Assembly (NCBI GenBank): GCA_966210725.1 | Contig: CBIHLN010000004.1 | Location: forward strand, 1,132-65,131 | Direction: 5' to 3' | From: an uncultured Lysobacter sp. | GTDB taxonomy: Bacteria > Pseudomonadota > Gammaproteobacteria > Xanthomonadales > Xanthomonadaceae | Length of the DNA stretch: 64,000 nucleotides | Part shown: positions 32,063 through 41,942 of the stretch, in pieces | How the letters are laid out: the number at the start of each line of letters is the position of its first letter | Numbering within the stretch: the stretch's first letter is position 1 | The notes under the pieces: model-generated | The model's input: the letters and a program-made list of their open reading frames with translations, nothing else | The model's database searches: none | What the model was told of the DNA's origin: nothing | Translations under genes and position numbers: made by a program

Positions 32063-33880
32063 TCACGCGGTTGCCGGCTCGGGAGATTCTTCCGGAGTGA
32101 CCTGCTTGCCCATAACGCCCTCGATCAAGGACAGCAGGGCCTGCTGGCGTTGGTCGTAAAATCGGTCGAAATCGTCTTCGCGCAGTGCCCCCGCTGGGAT
32201 CCGGTGACTGGCGAGAAGCACGTCCATGCCAACACGGTCCAGCTGTACCTGCCGATGTGCCTGAAGCGCGGTGAGATAGGTTGACGGGGCGGAGCCGCCG
32301 ATCATGCGGTTTGCCTTGTACGAAATTGGGGTTTTGTTGATGATCGAATCGTACCGGCGGCGCGGTATGCCCTGTTTCTCGCACCAGTCGCGCGGAAAGA
32401 TGTGGTGGATGTCGAGGGCGACTTCGTCCGCTTCCAGGTCGCGAATGTGGGATTTCCAGAACCAGTCGTGTGCCCCTTCGCGCAGAACCAGGACGTTGAT
32501 GCCCTTGTAGGCGGCGCTTAGGCGCGAGGTAAGTGAGGCCAACCGGTCAATCTGAAACGCTGCATCTCCGATGGTCCGGGGCGGTAGGCCATCGGCTTCG
32601 ATCCACGCCAGAAGCTCTTCGACATCGTTGGCCATGCGCGTTTCCACGGCGCCGCCGTACAGCTCGCCAAGAACACCGCACCAGTACCACTGCGCCAGCT
32701 TCTGGTGGATGCGCGGCTCGCGCCAGCGCTCATCGGCGCCGGCCAGGGCAAGGACCGCCGCCAGCGGTGCCAACTGGGTGCGGTAGGGCAGATCGCGTGT
32801 AGCTGTGAAGCACTCCTGCCTAAGGAACTTGGCTGCCCGGAGAAAGCCTTGTTCGACTGGATCGGCCCAGCGCTGGTAGGCCTCCAGTGGAAGCTCGAGT
32901 ACGGAGGCGCGCTTGGCGCTGACGGGCGTGACCTGCTTTCCCGCCTTTCCATCAGCCAGGTCCGCGCGACGCTTCTCGAGGGTGTGCAGCATCGTCACTG
33001 CCTGCAGGAAGTCCGTGTTCTCCACGCTCTTAAGGATTGGCTCCTTCGCTAACCGCTTGTGACGTGAGGAAACCTCTCGCAGCGTGCTACCAAACCAGTC
33101 GTCCCGCAGGTTGTAGCCGTCTGCCGCGTAGGTGGCGGTGACCAACTCGAACACCGACAGGGGCACACCGCCGGTGTTGACCTTCTCGAACACGAGGCAG
33201 ACCGCCTCCTTGCTGGTTTCCTTCTTCAGCACGATCAGCGGGATCTGGTACTCGTTGTACGCATCCAGCACCTGCTTCTTGAACTCGAAGAACTGTGGAA
33301 CGGCCGCCGCGTTGTGCTGGTACAGGTCCTGCAGCCAATCCATCGCCTCGAGGATCTCCGAGCAAGGGAAGTACAGCTGCTGGCACTCAAGCTCTCGCCT
33401 TGACAGGTCCAGGTCGATCTTGCGGCCGAAATCGCTGCGCTGCTGACGGCTGCCGTCAGTGGCGATGATCGCTTCATCCAGCCGGTCCGAGCCCGCGAGC
33501 GCGGTCGGAATATGGATGTAGTAGTAGCGATCGACTGGCTTGCCCTTGTCGGTGGTGGTCTTGACCGGACCGGACAGCTTGAGCACCTGGGTCAAGGTGG
33601 TCAGGCGCTGCTGGCCATCAAGGATCAGCCGCTCCGGCGCCGACAATTCATCAAGGGGCACGTTCTCGACCGGACGCACCTGGAAGCGCACTGCGCCGCC
33701 GGTTTCCAGCAGCATTACTGCGCCGACCGGGAATGAGCGCCCCAGGCTGACCAGCAAGCTGCGCACGTGCTCGTCATCCCAGACCCAGCCGCGCTGGAAG
33801 TCCGGCAGCTGGATCTTGCCGTTGACGATGTCCTTGAGCAGATCTTTGAGTGGCAGCTTCGTGCTGTCGAATGTGGTCAT
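32063..33880 (-). CDS. DUF262 (ParB-like NTPase, DGQQR) plus DUF1524-like His-Me nuclease protein: GmrSD/SspE/BrxU-type architecture
   Basis: 605 aa. N-terminus IQLPDFQRGWVWDDEHVRSLLVSLGRSFPVGAVMLLE and ILDGQQRLTTL. C-terminus LDIHHIFPRDW...NKTPISYKANRMIG. It lies 33 nt downstream of hsdS on the same strand. Confidence 0.75.
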   Translation of the reverse strand: MTTFDSTKLPLKDLLKDIVNGKIQLPDFQRGWVWDDEHVRSLLVSLGRSFPVGAVMLLETGGAVRFQVRPVENVPLDELSAPERLILDGQQRLTTLTQVLKLSGPVKTTTDKGKPVDRYYYIHIPTALAGSDRLDEAIIATDGSRQQRSDFGRKIDLDLSRRELECQQLYFPCSEILEAMDWLQDLYQHNAAAVPQFFEFKKQVLDAYNEYQIPLIVLKKETSKEAVCLVFEKVNTGGVPLSVFELVTATYAADGYNLRDDWFGSTLREVSSRHKRLAKEPILKSVENTDFLQAVTMLHTLEKRRADLADGKAGKQVTPVSAKRASVLELPLEAYQRWADPVEQGFLRAAKFLRQECFTATRDLPYRTQLAPLAAVLALAGADERWREPRIHQKLAQWYWCGVLGELYGGAVETRMANDVEELLAWIEADGLPPRTIGDAAFQIDRLASLTSRLSAAYKGINVLVLREGAHDWFWKSHIRDLEADEVALDIHHIFPRDWCEKQGIPRRRYDSIINKTPISYKANRMIGGSAPSTYLTALQAHRQVQLDRVGMDVLLASHRIPAGALREDDFDRFYDQRQQALLSLIEGVMGKQVTPEESPEPATA

Positions 33881-33912
33881 GCTGGTGCGCCCCGTTATGA
33901 ATATGCAGTTGA

Positions 33913-35337
33913 TCAGTTGACAGTGGCCTTGCGGCCACGCTTGGGCTTCGGCGCGGCGGCACGCTGGGCGCGGATGCGCTCCAGAAGCACGCTGGCGGGC
34001 TCGTCGTCCGGATCCTGCGGCACCAGTTCGCCGCGGAAGGCCTTGCCGAGGAGGCTCTGGGTCAGGGCATCGATGCGCACTCTGGCGGCGCTAACCCGAG
34101 CTTCGAGCTGGTCGGCGAATGCAAAGAGCTTTTCAATGCGGCGGACGATTTCAGCCTGCTCGTCCGGAGGTGGCACTCCGATGGGAAGAGCCATAAGTGC
34201 GCCCTGAGTGAGCTTTGCTCTGCCGGTAGTTCCAGTGAGCCAGGGAGTCACGTCGTAGTGCATAAGGATGTAGCAAAGGAACGATTGCCCAACCTTGTCA
34301 TGTGCTCGCAGCACATGAACATGATTGTTGACCCAGCACTTGCCTGAGTACTTGTATGCGATCGGCTTGACCCTTCCGTAAAAGGTCTCATCCTCCGTGA
34401 CGAGCACCAGGTCGTCGTCGAAGAGGAACTCATTGACGCGATCAACTTCGCCATTCGCGCCGAAGTAAGGGTAGATGCCTCCCTCTCTAGCTCGAAGCTC
34501 TTTCTTGACAGGGACACGCATGCTGTCGAGGCACTCCGCGAAGCTCGAAACGCTGGACACAACCCAGGTATTCGGCACCTCTGTGCTCCGAGTGTCAGTG
34601 TCGGGAGCGACAGGTGGCTTGAACTTTGTGCGCGGCCTAAGGCTGCGTGCCTCCAAGATGCGCGCTAGATACTGATTCGCTGATTCCCTGTCCTGGGTGC
34701 CTTGGATTACTTCCCGCCAATCCTTCGTCAGATCACCGTTAGCTGCTGCCGAAAGTGTCGCGTGGCGAAAGCGCTTGAGCAGGGCGGGGATGGCGTCGAT
34801 GCGGGCTTTGAGGGTGTCGACCTGCGCCAGCAGCGCATCCAGCTTCTGCGCGATGCGCTTTTGCTCATTGAGCGGGGGAAGCGGAATCTCGAAGTCCTTA
34901 ATGTCGACAGACTTTATTGCGGGGTAGAGCGCACCTTGCACTTTTGCGCTCATTGCGGTTACGAAATTGGCCGACTTCACCGCTGCAAAGATCCAGCGTG
35001 GCTCTACTCCGTCGGGACGCAGGACATCGAAGCCGGTCGACGCGATGGCGCCGTCAAACTCAGCGTCGATCATCGCCACAGCATTCAAGTTAGGTCGGGT
35101 CATGGAGACGATGAGGTCGCCATTGGCGACAACTTTCCGGGCTCGGCTCGGTGCATCCGATCCAAGAAGAACTTGCGGTTCTGAGATGATCTTGCGGACG
35201 CGATCGACACTCGCGATGTCGATATAGACGAACCTCTCATCGGGTGCGGGAATCCGCTGCTGTCCTTGAGAGCAGATCTCTCCAATGGCGACAGTGGTCC
35301 AGCGTGCCGGCAACTCACTCACCATCCACCTCACCAC
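33913..35337 (-). CDS. hsdS: Type I restriction-modification specificity subunit HsdS (two TRDs)
   Basis: 474 aa. Two conserved spacer regions, LPPLNEQKRIAQKLDALLAQVDTLKARID and PPPDEQAEIVRRIEKLFAFADQLEARVSAARVRIDALTQSLLGKAF, separate more AT-rich variable regions. The start overlaps the hsdM end; ATG 35325 is the alternative. Confidence 0.85.
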   Translation of the reverse strand: MVRWMVSELPARWTTVAIGEICSQGQQRIPAPDERFVYIDIASVDRVRKIISEPQVLLGSDAPSRARKVVANGDLIVSMTRPNLNAVAMIDAEFDGAIASTGFDVLRPDGVEPRWIFAAVKSANFVTAMSAKVQGALYPAIKSVDIKDFEIPLPPLNEQKRIAQKLDALLAQVDTLKARIDAIPALLKRFRHATLSAAANGDLTKDWREVIQGTQDRESANQYLARILEARSLRPRTKFKPPVAPDTDTRSTEVPNTWVVSSVSSFAECLDSMRVPVKKELRAREGGIYPYFGANGEVDRVNEFLFDDDLVLVTEDETFYGRVKPIAYKYSGKCWVNNHVHVLRAHDKVGQSFLCYILMHYDVTPWLTGTTGRAKLTQGALMALPIGVPPPDEQAEIVRRIEKLFAFADQLEARVSAARVRIDALTQSLLGKAFRGELVPQDPDDEPASVLLERIRAQRAAAPKPKRGRKATVN

Positions 35338-36853
35338 TCGCCACTTCCAGCCCCATCACCTCGGCCAGCAGCCGCTTCTGCTCAAGCGCCTCATCGCCCG
35401 CGCCCAGCGCCTGCATCAGCGCATCCAGCTCGCGCAGCGCCTCCGAGAGCTCCGCCATCGCTTCGGCCGCCAGGATTTCCGGCGCGGGTAGGCTGCGGGC
35501 GTCGACGCTGTCGGCATCCTTGAGCCAGCTGATATCCAGTGAATCGCCGCGCTCGGCAATCTGCGCCCGGGTGAAGCAGCGAAAGCGGCCTTCCTCGCCT
35601 TCATCGGTGCGCGGGCTGGCGCCATTGGGGTCGCTGCCGTAGGCCTCCTCGAATGGCTTGAGGTGCGACTCGCCGAACGGGGTGCGCTTGCCGAAGCTGG
35701 GCATATTGGTGCGCAGGTCGTAGACCCAGGTGGCCCGGGTGCAGCCGCTGTCTTGGCGCGGGTTGTCGGCGGTGCCTTTCTGGAAGAACAGCACATTGGT
35801 CTTGACGCCCTGCGCATAGAAGATGCCGGTGGGCAGGCGCAGCAGGGTGTGGAGATTGCACTTATTCATCAGGTCGCGGCGGATTTCGGTGCCGACGCCG
35901 GCCTCGAACAGCACGTTGTCCGGCAGCACCACGGCGGCGCGGCCGCCGGGCTTGAGGCCGCGATAGATGTGCTGCAGGAAGGCCAGCTGCTTGTTGCTCG
36001 TGCGGTAGGTGAGGTCGTCGCGGGTTGGGCCGCCGCCGCCCTTGGCGGTACCGAACGGCGGGTTGGACAGGATGATGTCCACCCTGGGCAGCGCGGCGCC
36101 GGCATTGCCCAAGCTGTTGCCCAGCTGCACCACGCCTTCGCCTTCGCCCTCCATGCCGTGCAGCAGACAGTTCATCAGCGCCAGGCGGCGTGTGCCAGGC
36201 ACCAGCTCCATGCCGGTGTAGGCGCGGGTGCGCTGGAAGCGGCGCTGGGCGTCGGTGAGCGTGTAGAGGTCATCGGTCTGCGCCTTGATGAAGGCATCGG
36301 CGGCGATGAGGAAGCCGGCCGTGCCGGCGGCCGGGTCCTGGATCGTCTCGCCCGGCCGCGGCTGGAGGCGGCGGATGATGGAATCGATCAATGCGCGCGG
36401 AGTGAAGTACTGGCCGGCACCGGACTTGGTCTCGTTGGCGTTCTTCTGCAGCAGGCCTTCGTAGAGGTCGCCCAGACCGTCCTCGCGTGCGCTGAACCAG
36501 TCCAGCCCGTCCAATGCCTTGACCAGGGTTTCAAGGTGACGCGGCTCCTTGAGCCGGGTCTGCGCATCGGCGTAGATGGCTGCGATCATCGGATCGCTGC
36601 TCTTGCCCAGGTCCAGCAGCATCTGCCGGTAGTGGTTCAGCAGGTTGAGGCCGGAGCGGCTTTCCAGGTCCGGCCAGCGGCAGCCGTCGGGCAGCTTATG
36701 CTCGAAGGCGGGGTTGTTCCGCACCTGTTCGTATTCCATCTTCACGAACAGCAGCAGGACCAGCTCGGTCACGTAATCGCTGTAGTTGATGCCGTCGTCG
36801 CGGAGGACGTCGCAGAGGTTCCAAAGCTTCTGGACGATGTCATTGTGGGTCAT
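35315..36853 (-). CDS. hsdM: Type I R-M N6-adenine DNA methyltransferase HsdM
   Basis: 512 aa from ATG 36853. The HsdM N-terminal domain is IVQKLWNLCDVLRDDG. AdoMet motif DPAAGTAGFL and catalytic motif LSNPPFG are present. Confidence 0.92.
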   Translation of the reverse strand: MTHNDIVQKLWNLCDVLRDDGINYSDYVTELVLLLFVKMEYEQVRNNPAFEHKLPDGCRWPDLESRSGLNLLNHYRQMLLDLGKSSDPMIAAIYADAQTRLKEPRHLETLVKALDGLDWFSAREDGLGDLYEGLLQKNANETKSGAGQYFTPRALIDSIIRRLQPRPGETIQDPAAGTAGFLIAADAFIKAQTDDLYTLTDAQRRFQRTRAYTGMELVPGTRRLALMNCLLHGMEGEGEGVVQLGNSLGNAGAALPRVDIILSNPPFGTAKGGGGPTRDDLTYRTSNKQLAFLQHIYRGLKPGGRAAVVLPDNVLFEAGVGTEIRRDLMNKCNLHTLLRLPTGIFYAQGVKTNVLFFQKGTADNPRQDSGCTRATWVYDLRTNMPSFGKRTPFGESHLKPFEEAYGSDPNGASPRTDEGEEGRFRCFTRAQIAERGDSLDISWLKDADSVDARSLPAPEILAAEAMAELSEALRELDALMQALGAGDEALEQKRLLAEVMGLEVASGEVDGE

Positions 36854-36995
36854 GCGAGGGCATTCCAAAGGTACTGAACTGCAGCGGCAGGGCGCCGAGG
36901 CAGTGCGCTTGGTGTCGGGGCTATCGCGGCGGCCATCGCTGCTGCGAGCTGGCCATTCTTTCACGCGCGGATGGAACTGGTACCACCCGCGCCCG

Positions 36996-39900
36996 TCATC
37001 CGGCCTGGTTCCAGAGCTGCTCCCCAATGTCGTCCAGAATCTGGTCCAGCCCGCCATCGAGCAGCTTGTCGAGCCTGGACGCGCCGCCGTCGGCTTCGAA
37101 GTTGCGCTGCACCACGTCCCGATCCATCACTACCTCATGCACAAGCTGCTGGGCCAAACGCTCCAGCCATCGCCGCTGCAGTGGAGTCCAAGCGCGTCGC
37201 CTATAAATCGCCTGCATCGCGCTTGCGACACGGTGTTGGAACGGTATAAGCGCTTCCCCTAAGGCCGCCCGCCGGATGTGGCCGATGATGCTGGCCGCAA
37301 TCTCCTGCTGGGTGCTTTCGCGCAGGGCGCCGCGCAAGTTGGCCTCACTGAAGCCGTGCTCATCCAGCAGCAGGCGAACCTCGCGAAGCTGGGCCCGAGT
37401 GAGGTCGCGGGGACGGTTGACGACCACGGTCAGGGCGACGGAGCGGTTGAGGTTCTCGCGAACGAAGCGGTCGAAGCTTTCAAGGTAGTCGGCCGGCCGT
37501 TCGTGCACGCCGTAATTCTGCTGCCGGTCGAGTAGCTCATCTTCGTGCGTGGAGATGACCGGGTAGTGGTCGGAGCCGAGCAGGGCACCGACCTCCGCCA
37601 GCTGCTGTAGCAACTGTGGGTGCTCTTGAAGAAACTGGGCGGCGCCCCACGGACCCAGCGCGTGGAGATGGGTGTGAAGCCGTTCCGGTGCGACGCCCCA
37701 TGCGGCCTCAAGTTGGTCCAGCTTGTCGCGTAGTGGCGGCTTCTGCTCCGCCCGATGCACGGCCTTGCGCAGTACGCGCATCAGCTTCTGGCCGAGCTGA
37801 TCGAGGACGTCCTGTGCGTGGCTGTCGCCGTTGCTGCCAGAAGCAGCCAGGCTGCGTGGATCCTTTACCTCATAGAGAAGCTGTTCGATGCTGACGTTGG
37901 GATCCTTGACCAGCGGCCTCATGGTGTCCACGTCTTCCAAGGCCGCGTAGAGGTCCACCGGGTCGTAGATGCGGAAGACGGTCTTGCCGATATCGTCATG
38001 GCGCCGAGTGGCGCGGCCCTTCATCTGCTCGTAGAGGATGCGTGAGCGAACCCGGCGCATGAACACCAGGTTGCAGATGGCAGGCACGTCGATGCCTGTG
38101 GTGAGCAGGTCGACGGTGATGGCGATATTGGGGTGGCGTTCGTTTTTGTAGCGCCGGATCAATGCGTCGACCTTGTCGCTGCGTCCGGTGACGATGGCCA
38201 CGCTGGCCTGGTTATATTGCTCACCGTGGACGGCCTTGAAGGCGTTGTCGAGCAGGTGCTTCACGCGTTCCGCGTGGGCTTGGTTGACGCAGAAGATGAG
38301 CGTTTTCTCGTCCCCATCAGGATCCAGCTCCTTCGCCAGCTGTTCGCAGACGACCTGATCGAACGCCGGGGTGATGACACGGCGATTGAAGGATTCGACG
38401 TTGAAATCGAGGTCATCCTCCAGCTCAGCGGTGTCGACTTCCCCGGTCTGGACGTTGACCACGCTGACCTGTTCGCCGCGTTCGAAGTGGATGCCGCGCG
38501 TGTTGAGCAGGGTTTCGTAGCGGATCGGTGGCTCGTGGTCGATCAGCCAGTCGTCAGCGACCGCCTCGCGGTAGCTGTAGGTATAGACCGGCTTGCCGAA
38601 GATGTCGGTGGTGTGTTTGGCAGGCGTCGCGGTCAGGCCAATGCGGTGTGCGTCGAAATAGTCGAGCACGCGCCGGTACTGCGACATGTACTGCGCGTGG
38701 TCGCGGACGGCCAGCTCACCCTCGGTCATCTCCTGGTCGAGGGTGTAACCGCGGTGGGCTTCGTCCACGACGATGCAATCAAAGGTATCGATCGCGGGCG
38801 GGTTGTCCGACTGGAAGATGCGGCGGACCATGGCCTGGACCGTTGCAACCTGCACCCGCGCCTCGTCCGCAGTGGACGTGTCCTGCAGGCCGTCCAGGTT
38901 GTAGATCTGCGTCAGCGTCTGGTTCTGCTCCAGTCGCATCTCGCCCATGGCGTCCTGGGCCTGTTCGCCGAGTGCGGAGCGGTCGACGAGGAACAGGATC
39001 CGGCGGAAGCGTTCGGTCTTCAGTAGGCGGTAGATGAGCCCGATTATGGTCCGGGTCTTGCCCGTGCCAGTGGCCATGGCCAACAGGCTGGTGCGGTGGC
39101 CGGCCGCCATGGCGTCCTCGACCGCCTGGATCGCTTGCTGCTGGTAGTCGCGCAGGCGAAGGTAGGACATGCCTTCCTCGGCCAACTGGGATTGCGCGCT
39201 GTCGATGTCGCGCTTCAGCATGTCCGCGACGCCGGCCGGCGTATGGAATCCCTGCAAGGGTCGCCGCAGGTTGGAGGGTCGTCGCAGGTCGCGGAACCAG
39301 ATGCCGGACTGCTCGGCCAACTGCTTGATGTACGGGCGACCATTGCAGGAGAACGCCAGCGGCACGTGAAAGGTGCCGTCTTGGCCGTCAGGCCAGGGAA
39401 CGGTGAGGCCCGCCTCGCGCCAGGCCGGCTGCAGGTCGCCGGCAGGGACGAGATCGCGTGCATAGCGTTCGGCTTGCGGGATCCGGTCGGCGATGTTGAT
39501 CCGCTTGCGCTTGGCTTCGACGATGGCGACGGGGACCAGGCCGGTGAACAGGACGTAGTCGGCGTTGGCACCGGCGACGCGGGTCGGCCACTCTGCGATC
39601 GCCCGGTTCACGCCCTTCTCCGGGCGAGCGCCGTTGGCGTAGGTGAGTTCAAGCGAATCGGCTTCCCAGCCCGCGTCCCGCAGTTGCTGGTCGATCAGGA
39701 TGCGCGTCAGATCCTCGGTCAGGTCAAAATTCTGGCTCGCCTGATGCGTTGCAGCTTGAACCTGCTGCGTGGCACGCCCCGCCAGATCGGATGTCAGCCC
39801 GACCTGTTCGATCCGCTGGTCGAATTCCGCCCGCAGCTGGTCGAGTTCTTGTTCCCGCTCGGCGACCAGCGCTGCCTGTTCTCTTGCCTCCACGTCCATG

Positions 39901-40511
39901 GCTTCCGCCAGGGCCGCATGCAACTCCGCTTGCTCCTGCTGGAGCTGTGCGAGCTTCTGGCTATCGTCATGGGCTTTGCGTGCAGTGTCCAGCTCAGCCT
40001 TGAGCTGCTGGACTTCGGCCTGTACCCGCCGAAGCGGTGCCGCTGGATCCTGAGGGGCAGCAAAGGGACCGGGTTTGAAATCAGCCGTGTTCTGTCCGAA
40101 TGCGCGGTGGTACCAGACTGCGAGCTCACGGGCGATCTTGAGGCCGTCCATCGCCTCGCGATGTTGCGTGGTGAAGCCATGGGTCGCCTTGTTGCCTTCC
40201 ACCCGGAGGACGTGGAATAGCTCCCGGATTCGCGGGTCGAGCCGCAGCTCCCGCGACAGCTGGAAGATGAGATCAGCTTGCGAGGAGCGCTCGTCGACCT
40301 GGAGGCCGGCCCGGCCTGCCAGGTCCTTCGCCAAGGCCTCGCCGAGCTGGCGGAGCTTGATCAGCGTGGTGTTCGGATCAGCCGCGAAGACCTGCTCGGC
40401 CATGGTGGCCAGGGTCAGAAATACGGGGTCGTGCCCCTGAAGGAACCAGAAGTTGCTTTCGACCGGTCTACTGCCCAAAGCCTTCCCCTTGCGCCCCCCA
40501 TTTCGGTCCAA
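36996..40511 (-). CDS. hsdR: Type I restriction endonuclease subunit HsdR (EcoEI-like) with an N-terminal DUF4145 plus coiled-coil extension
   Basis: 1171 aa. The DUF4145-like region is LIFQLSRELRLDPRIRELFHVLRVEGNKATHG. A heptad-rich segment follows (QAEVQQLKAELDTARKAHDDSQKLAQLQQEQAELHAALAEA..). Helicase motifs are LRDYQQQAI, AMATGTGKTRT and VVDEAHRG. The C-terminus is EcoEI R-type. Confidence 0.9.
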   Translation of the reverse strand: MDRNGGRKGKALGSRPVESNFWFLQGHDPVFLTLATMAEQVFAADPNTTLIKLRQLGEALAKDLAGRAGLQVDERSSQADLIFQLSRELRLDPRIRELFHVLRVEGNKATHGFTTQHREAMDGLKIARELAVWYHRAFGQNTADFKPGPFAAPQDPAAPLRRVQAEVQQLKAELDTARKAHDDSQKLAQLQQEQAELHAALAEAMDVEAREQAALVAEREQELDQLRAEFDQRIEQVGLTSDLAGRATQQVQAATHQASQNFDLTEDLTRILIDQQLRDAGWEADSLELTYANGARPEKGVNRAIAEWPTRVAGANADYVLFTGLVPVAIVEAKRKRINIADRIPQAERYARDLVPAGDLQPAWREAGLTVPWPDGQDGTFHVPLAFSCNGRPYIKQLAEQSGIWFRDLRRPSNLRRPLQGFHTPAGVADMLKRDIDSAQSQLAEEGMSYLRLRDYQQQAIQAVEDAMAAGHRTSLLAMATGTGKTRTIIGLIYRLLKTERFRRILFLVDRSALGEQAQDAMGEMRLEQNQTLTQIYNLDGLQDTSTADEARVQVATVQAMVRRIFQSDNPPAIDTFDCIVVDEAHRGYTLDQEMTEGELAVRDHAQYMSQYRRVLDYFDAHRIGLTATPAKHTTDIFGKPVYTYSYREAVADDWLIDHEPPIRYETLLNTRGIHFERGEQVSVVNVQTGEVDTAELEDDLDFNVESFNRRVITPAFDQVVCEQLAKELDPDGDEKTLIFCVNQAHAERVKHLLDNAFKAVHGEQYNQASVAIVTGRSDKVDALIRRYKNERHPNIAITVDLLTTGIDVPAICNLVFMRRVRSRILYEQMKGRATRRHDDIGKTVFRIYDPVDLYAALEDVDTMRPLVKDPNVSIEQLLYEVKDPRSLAASGSNGDSHAQDVLDQLGQKLMRVLRKAVHRAEQKPPLRDKLDQLEAAWGVAPERLHTHLHALGPWGAAQFLQEHPQLLQQLAEVGALLGSDHYPVISTHEDELLDRQQNYGVHERPADYLESFDRFVRENLNRSVALTVVVNRPRDLTRAQLREVRLLLDEHGFSEANLRGALRESTQQEIAASIIGHIRRAALGEALIPFQHRVASAMQAIYRRRAWTPLQRRWLERLAQQLVHEVVMDRDVVQRNFEADGGASRLDKLLDGGLDQILDDIGEQLWNQAG

Positions 40512-40693
40512 TCATAGGACATGTTGTGCTGCCCCCCTCCCGCGGGTACGGGCGTGGCGGCGGCCGGGACCGCTGACGCGTTGGGTGTGTCAACTAGGGC
40601 ATGCTCCGCTGGAGTCGTGTAGCTTTTCGGCATCTGATGCTGGCGCCTTCGGGTTACAGGATCATCCTCGTGAATTCTTGGCAGGAGGGGAGA

Positions 40694-41026
40694 GTGTCGC
40701 CGAGTCTTGAAGAGAAGTTCCACGGTGCCATGCTGCACATCTATGAGTGTGCCGCGCAGCTACGGCCCCCATATCGCGCAACCCGCTTCCTGCAAATGGT
40801 TCAAGGCAACGGCGGTAAGGGGGCGGCGGATCAGCTTTTGGCATCCGCCAGCCCGTCCGCTGGATTCACCGAACTGTTCCTGCGCGGGCGCGAGAATCTC
40901 AAGTTGAGCGTTGAGTACCTGGTCCTGCAAGAGCCGTGGTCGGAGCTCTTCAGCGAAGAGCAGCTCGCAGTTGCCCACAAGCGATTGCTTGAAGTGGGTG
41001 TTGACCCCCCGGGTCCTTCCCGATAG
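40694..41026 (+). CDS. Hypothetical protein divergent from hsdR
   Basis: 110 aa from GTG 40694, with GGAGGGG just upstream (VSPSLEEKFHGAMLHIYECAAQLRPPYRATRFLQMVQGNGG...). It looks like a real globular protein but I cannot name a family. Confidence 0.4.
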   Translation: MSPSLEEKFHGAMLHIYECAAQLRPPYRATRFLQMVQGNGGKGAADQLLASASPSAGFTELFLRGRENLKLSVEYLVLQEPWSELFSEEQLAVAHKRLLEVGVDPPGPSR

Positions 41027-41406
41027 CTAGCCTTCGCAATGCGAGCAGCGTTGCGGTGGCGCACCACGAGTGCCGGGCCTCTACCAGAGTGAACTTGGTG
41101 GCAAAGAAGAACGACCCGTTTAAAGGCAGTCCCCTGAACCGAATCTTCCACTTTGGGGTTCGGCCGGTCGATAGAGGCGCGCTAGGCGTTATCAACCCTA
41201 CGTCGGGGCGAAAAAAGAACGCGGATCGTGCTAGCCGCAAGCCCACAAAGCTAGAGCTGGCGAGGTCTGATCTGCATGGTCCGTTGCTCGCTCGAAAGCG
41301 TCAGCTCGTCAAGAAGAACGGGGCGGTGGTTGTCCTGCCCGACGCTCCCCATCGGCAGTGACCAAGTTGATCGCTGCTCCGTGGCGCAACTTGTACTGAC
41401 GTCGCA

Positions 41407-41426
41407 TGGGGGCACGTTTGGGGGCA
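41407..41426 (+). promoter_or_regulatory. Two TGGGGGCA repeats, candidate integrase arm-type sites in the right arm
   Basis: TGGGGGCA at 41407-41414 and 41419-41426. The 12-bp phasing and orientation are the same as the pair at 4597 and 4609. Confidence 0.45.
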
Positions 41427-41459
41427 TGTCCGACGCCGACTAATTGAATGCGCTTTTAG

Positions 41460-41783
<324 letters not shown>

Positions 41784-41942
41784 CAATGGTGTCGCGTCGG
41801 TCATCCCCTCCAGCGGCTAAGCCAGATTGCGACACGCGCTGCGGTTCTCAATGAGGCTCACCAGAAGACACCTCACAAAACTCAATTACCATCCGATCCG
41901 GCCGATAACGTTCGGGATTACGTCAACACGAACTTTCAGCAA

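Noticed and set aside
35663-36877. 404-aa ORF antisense to hsdM. 38133-39026 and 39096-40220 are similarly antisense to hsdR.
   Set aside because: The sense genes carry NPPF, DEAH and other motifs. The antisense ORFs have no motifs and a skewed composition.
41056-41361. 101-aa plus-strand ORF, and the 98-aa minus-strand ORF at 40950-41246, in the island's right arm.
   Set aside because: They overlap each other and are basic, low-complexity and motif-free. The region is more plausibly non-coding attP-arm DNA.
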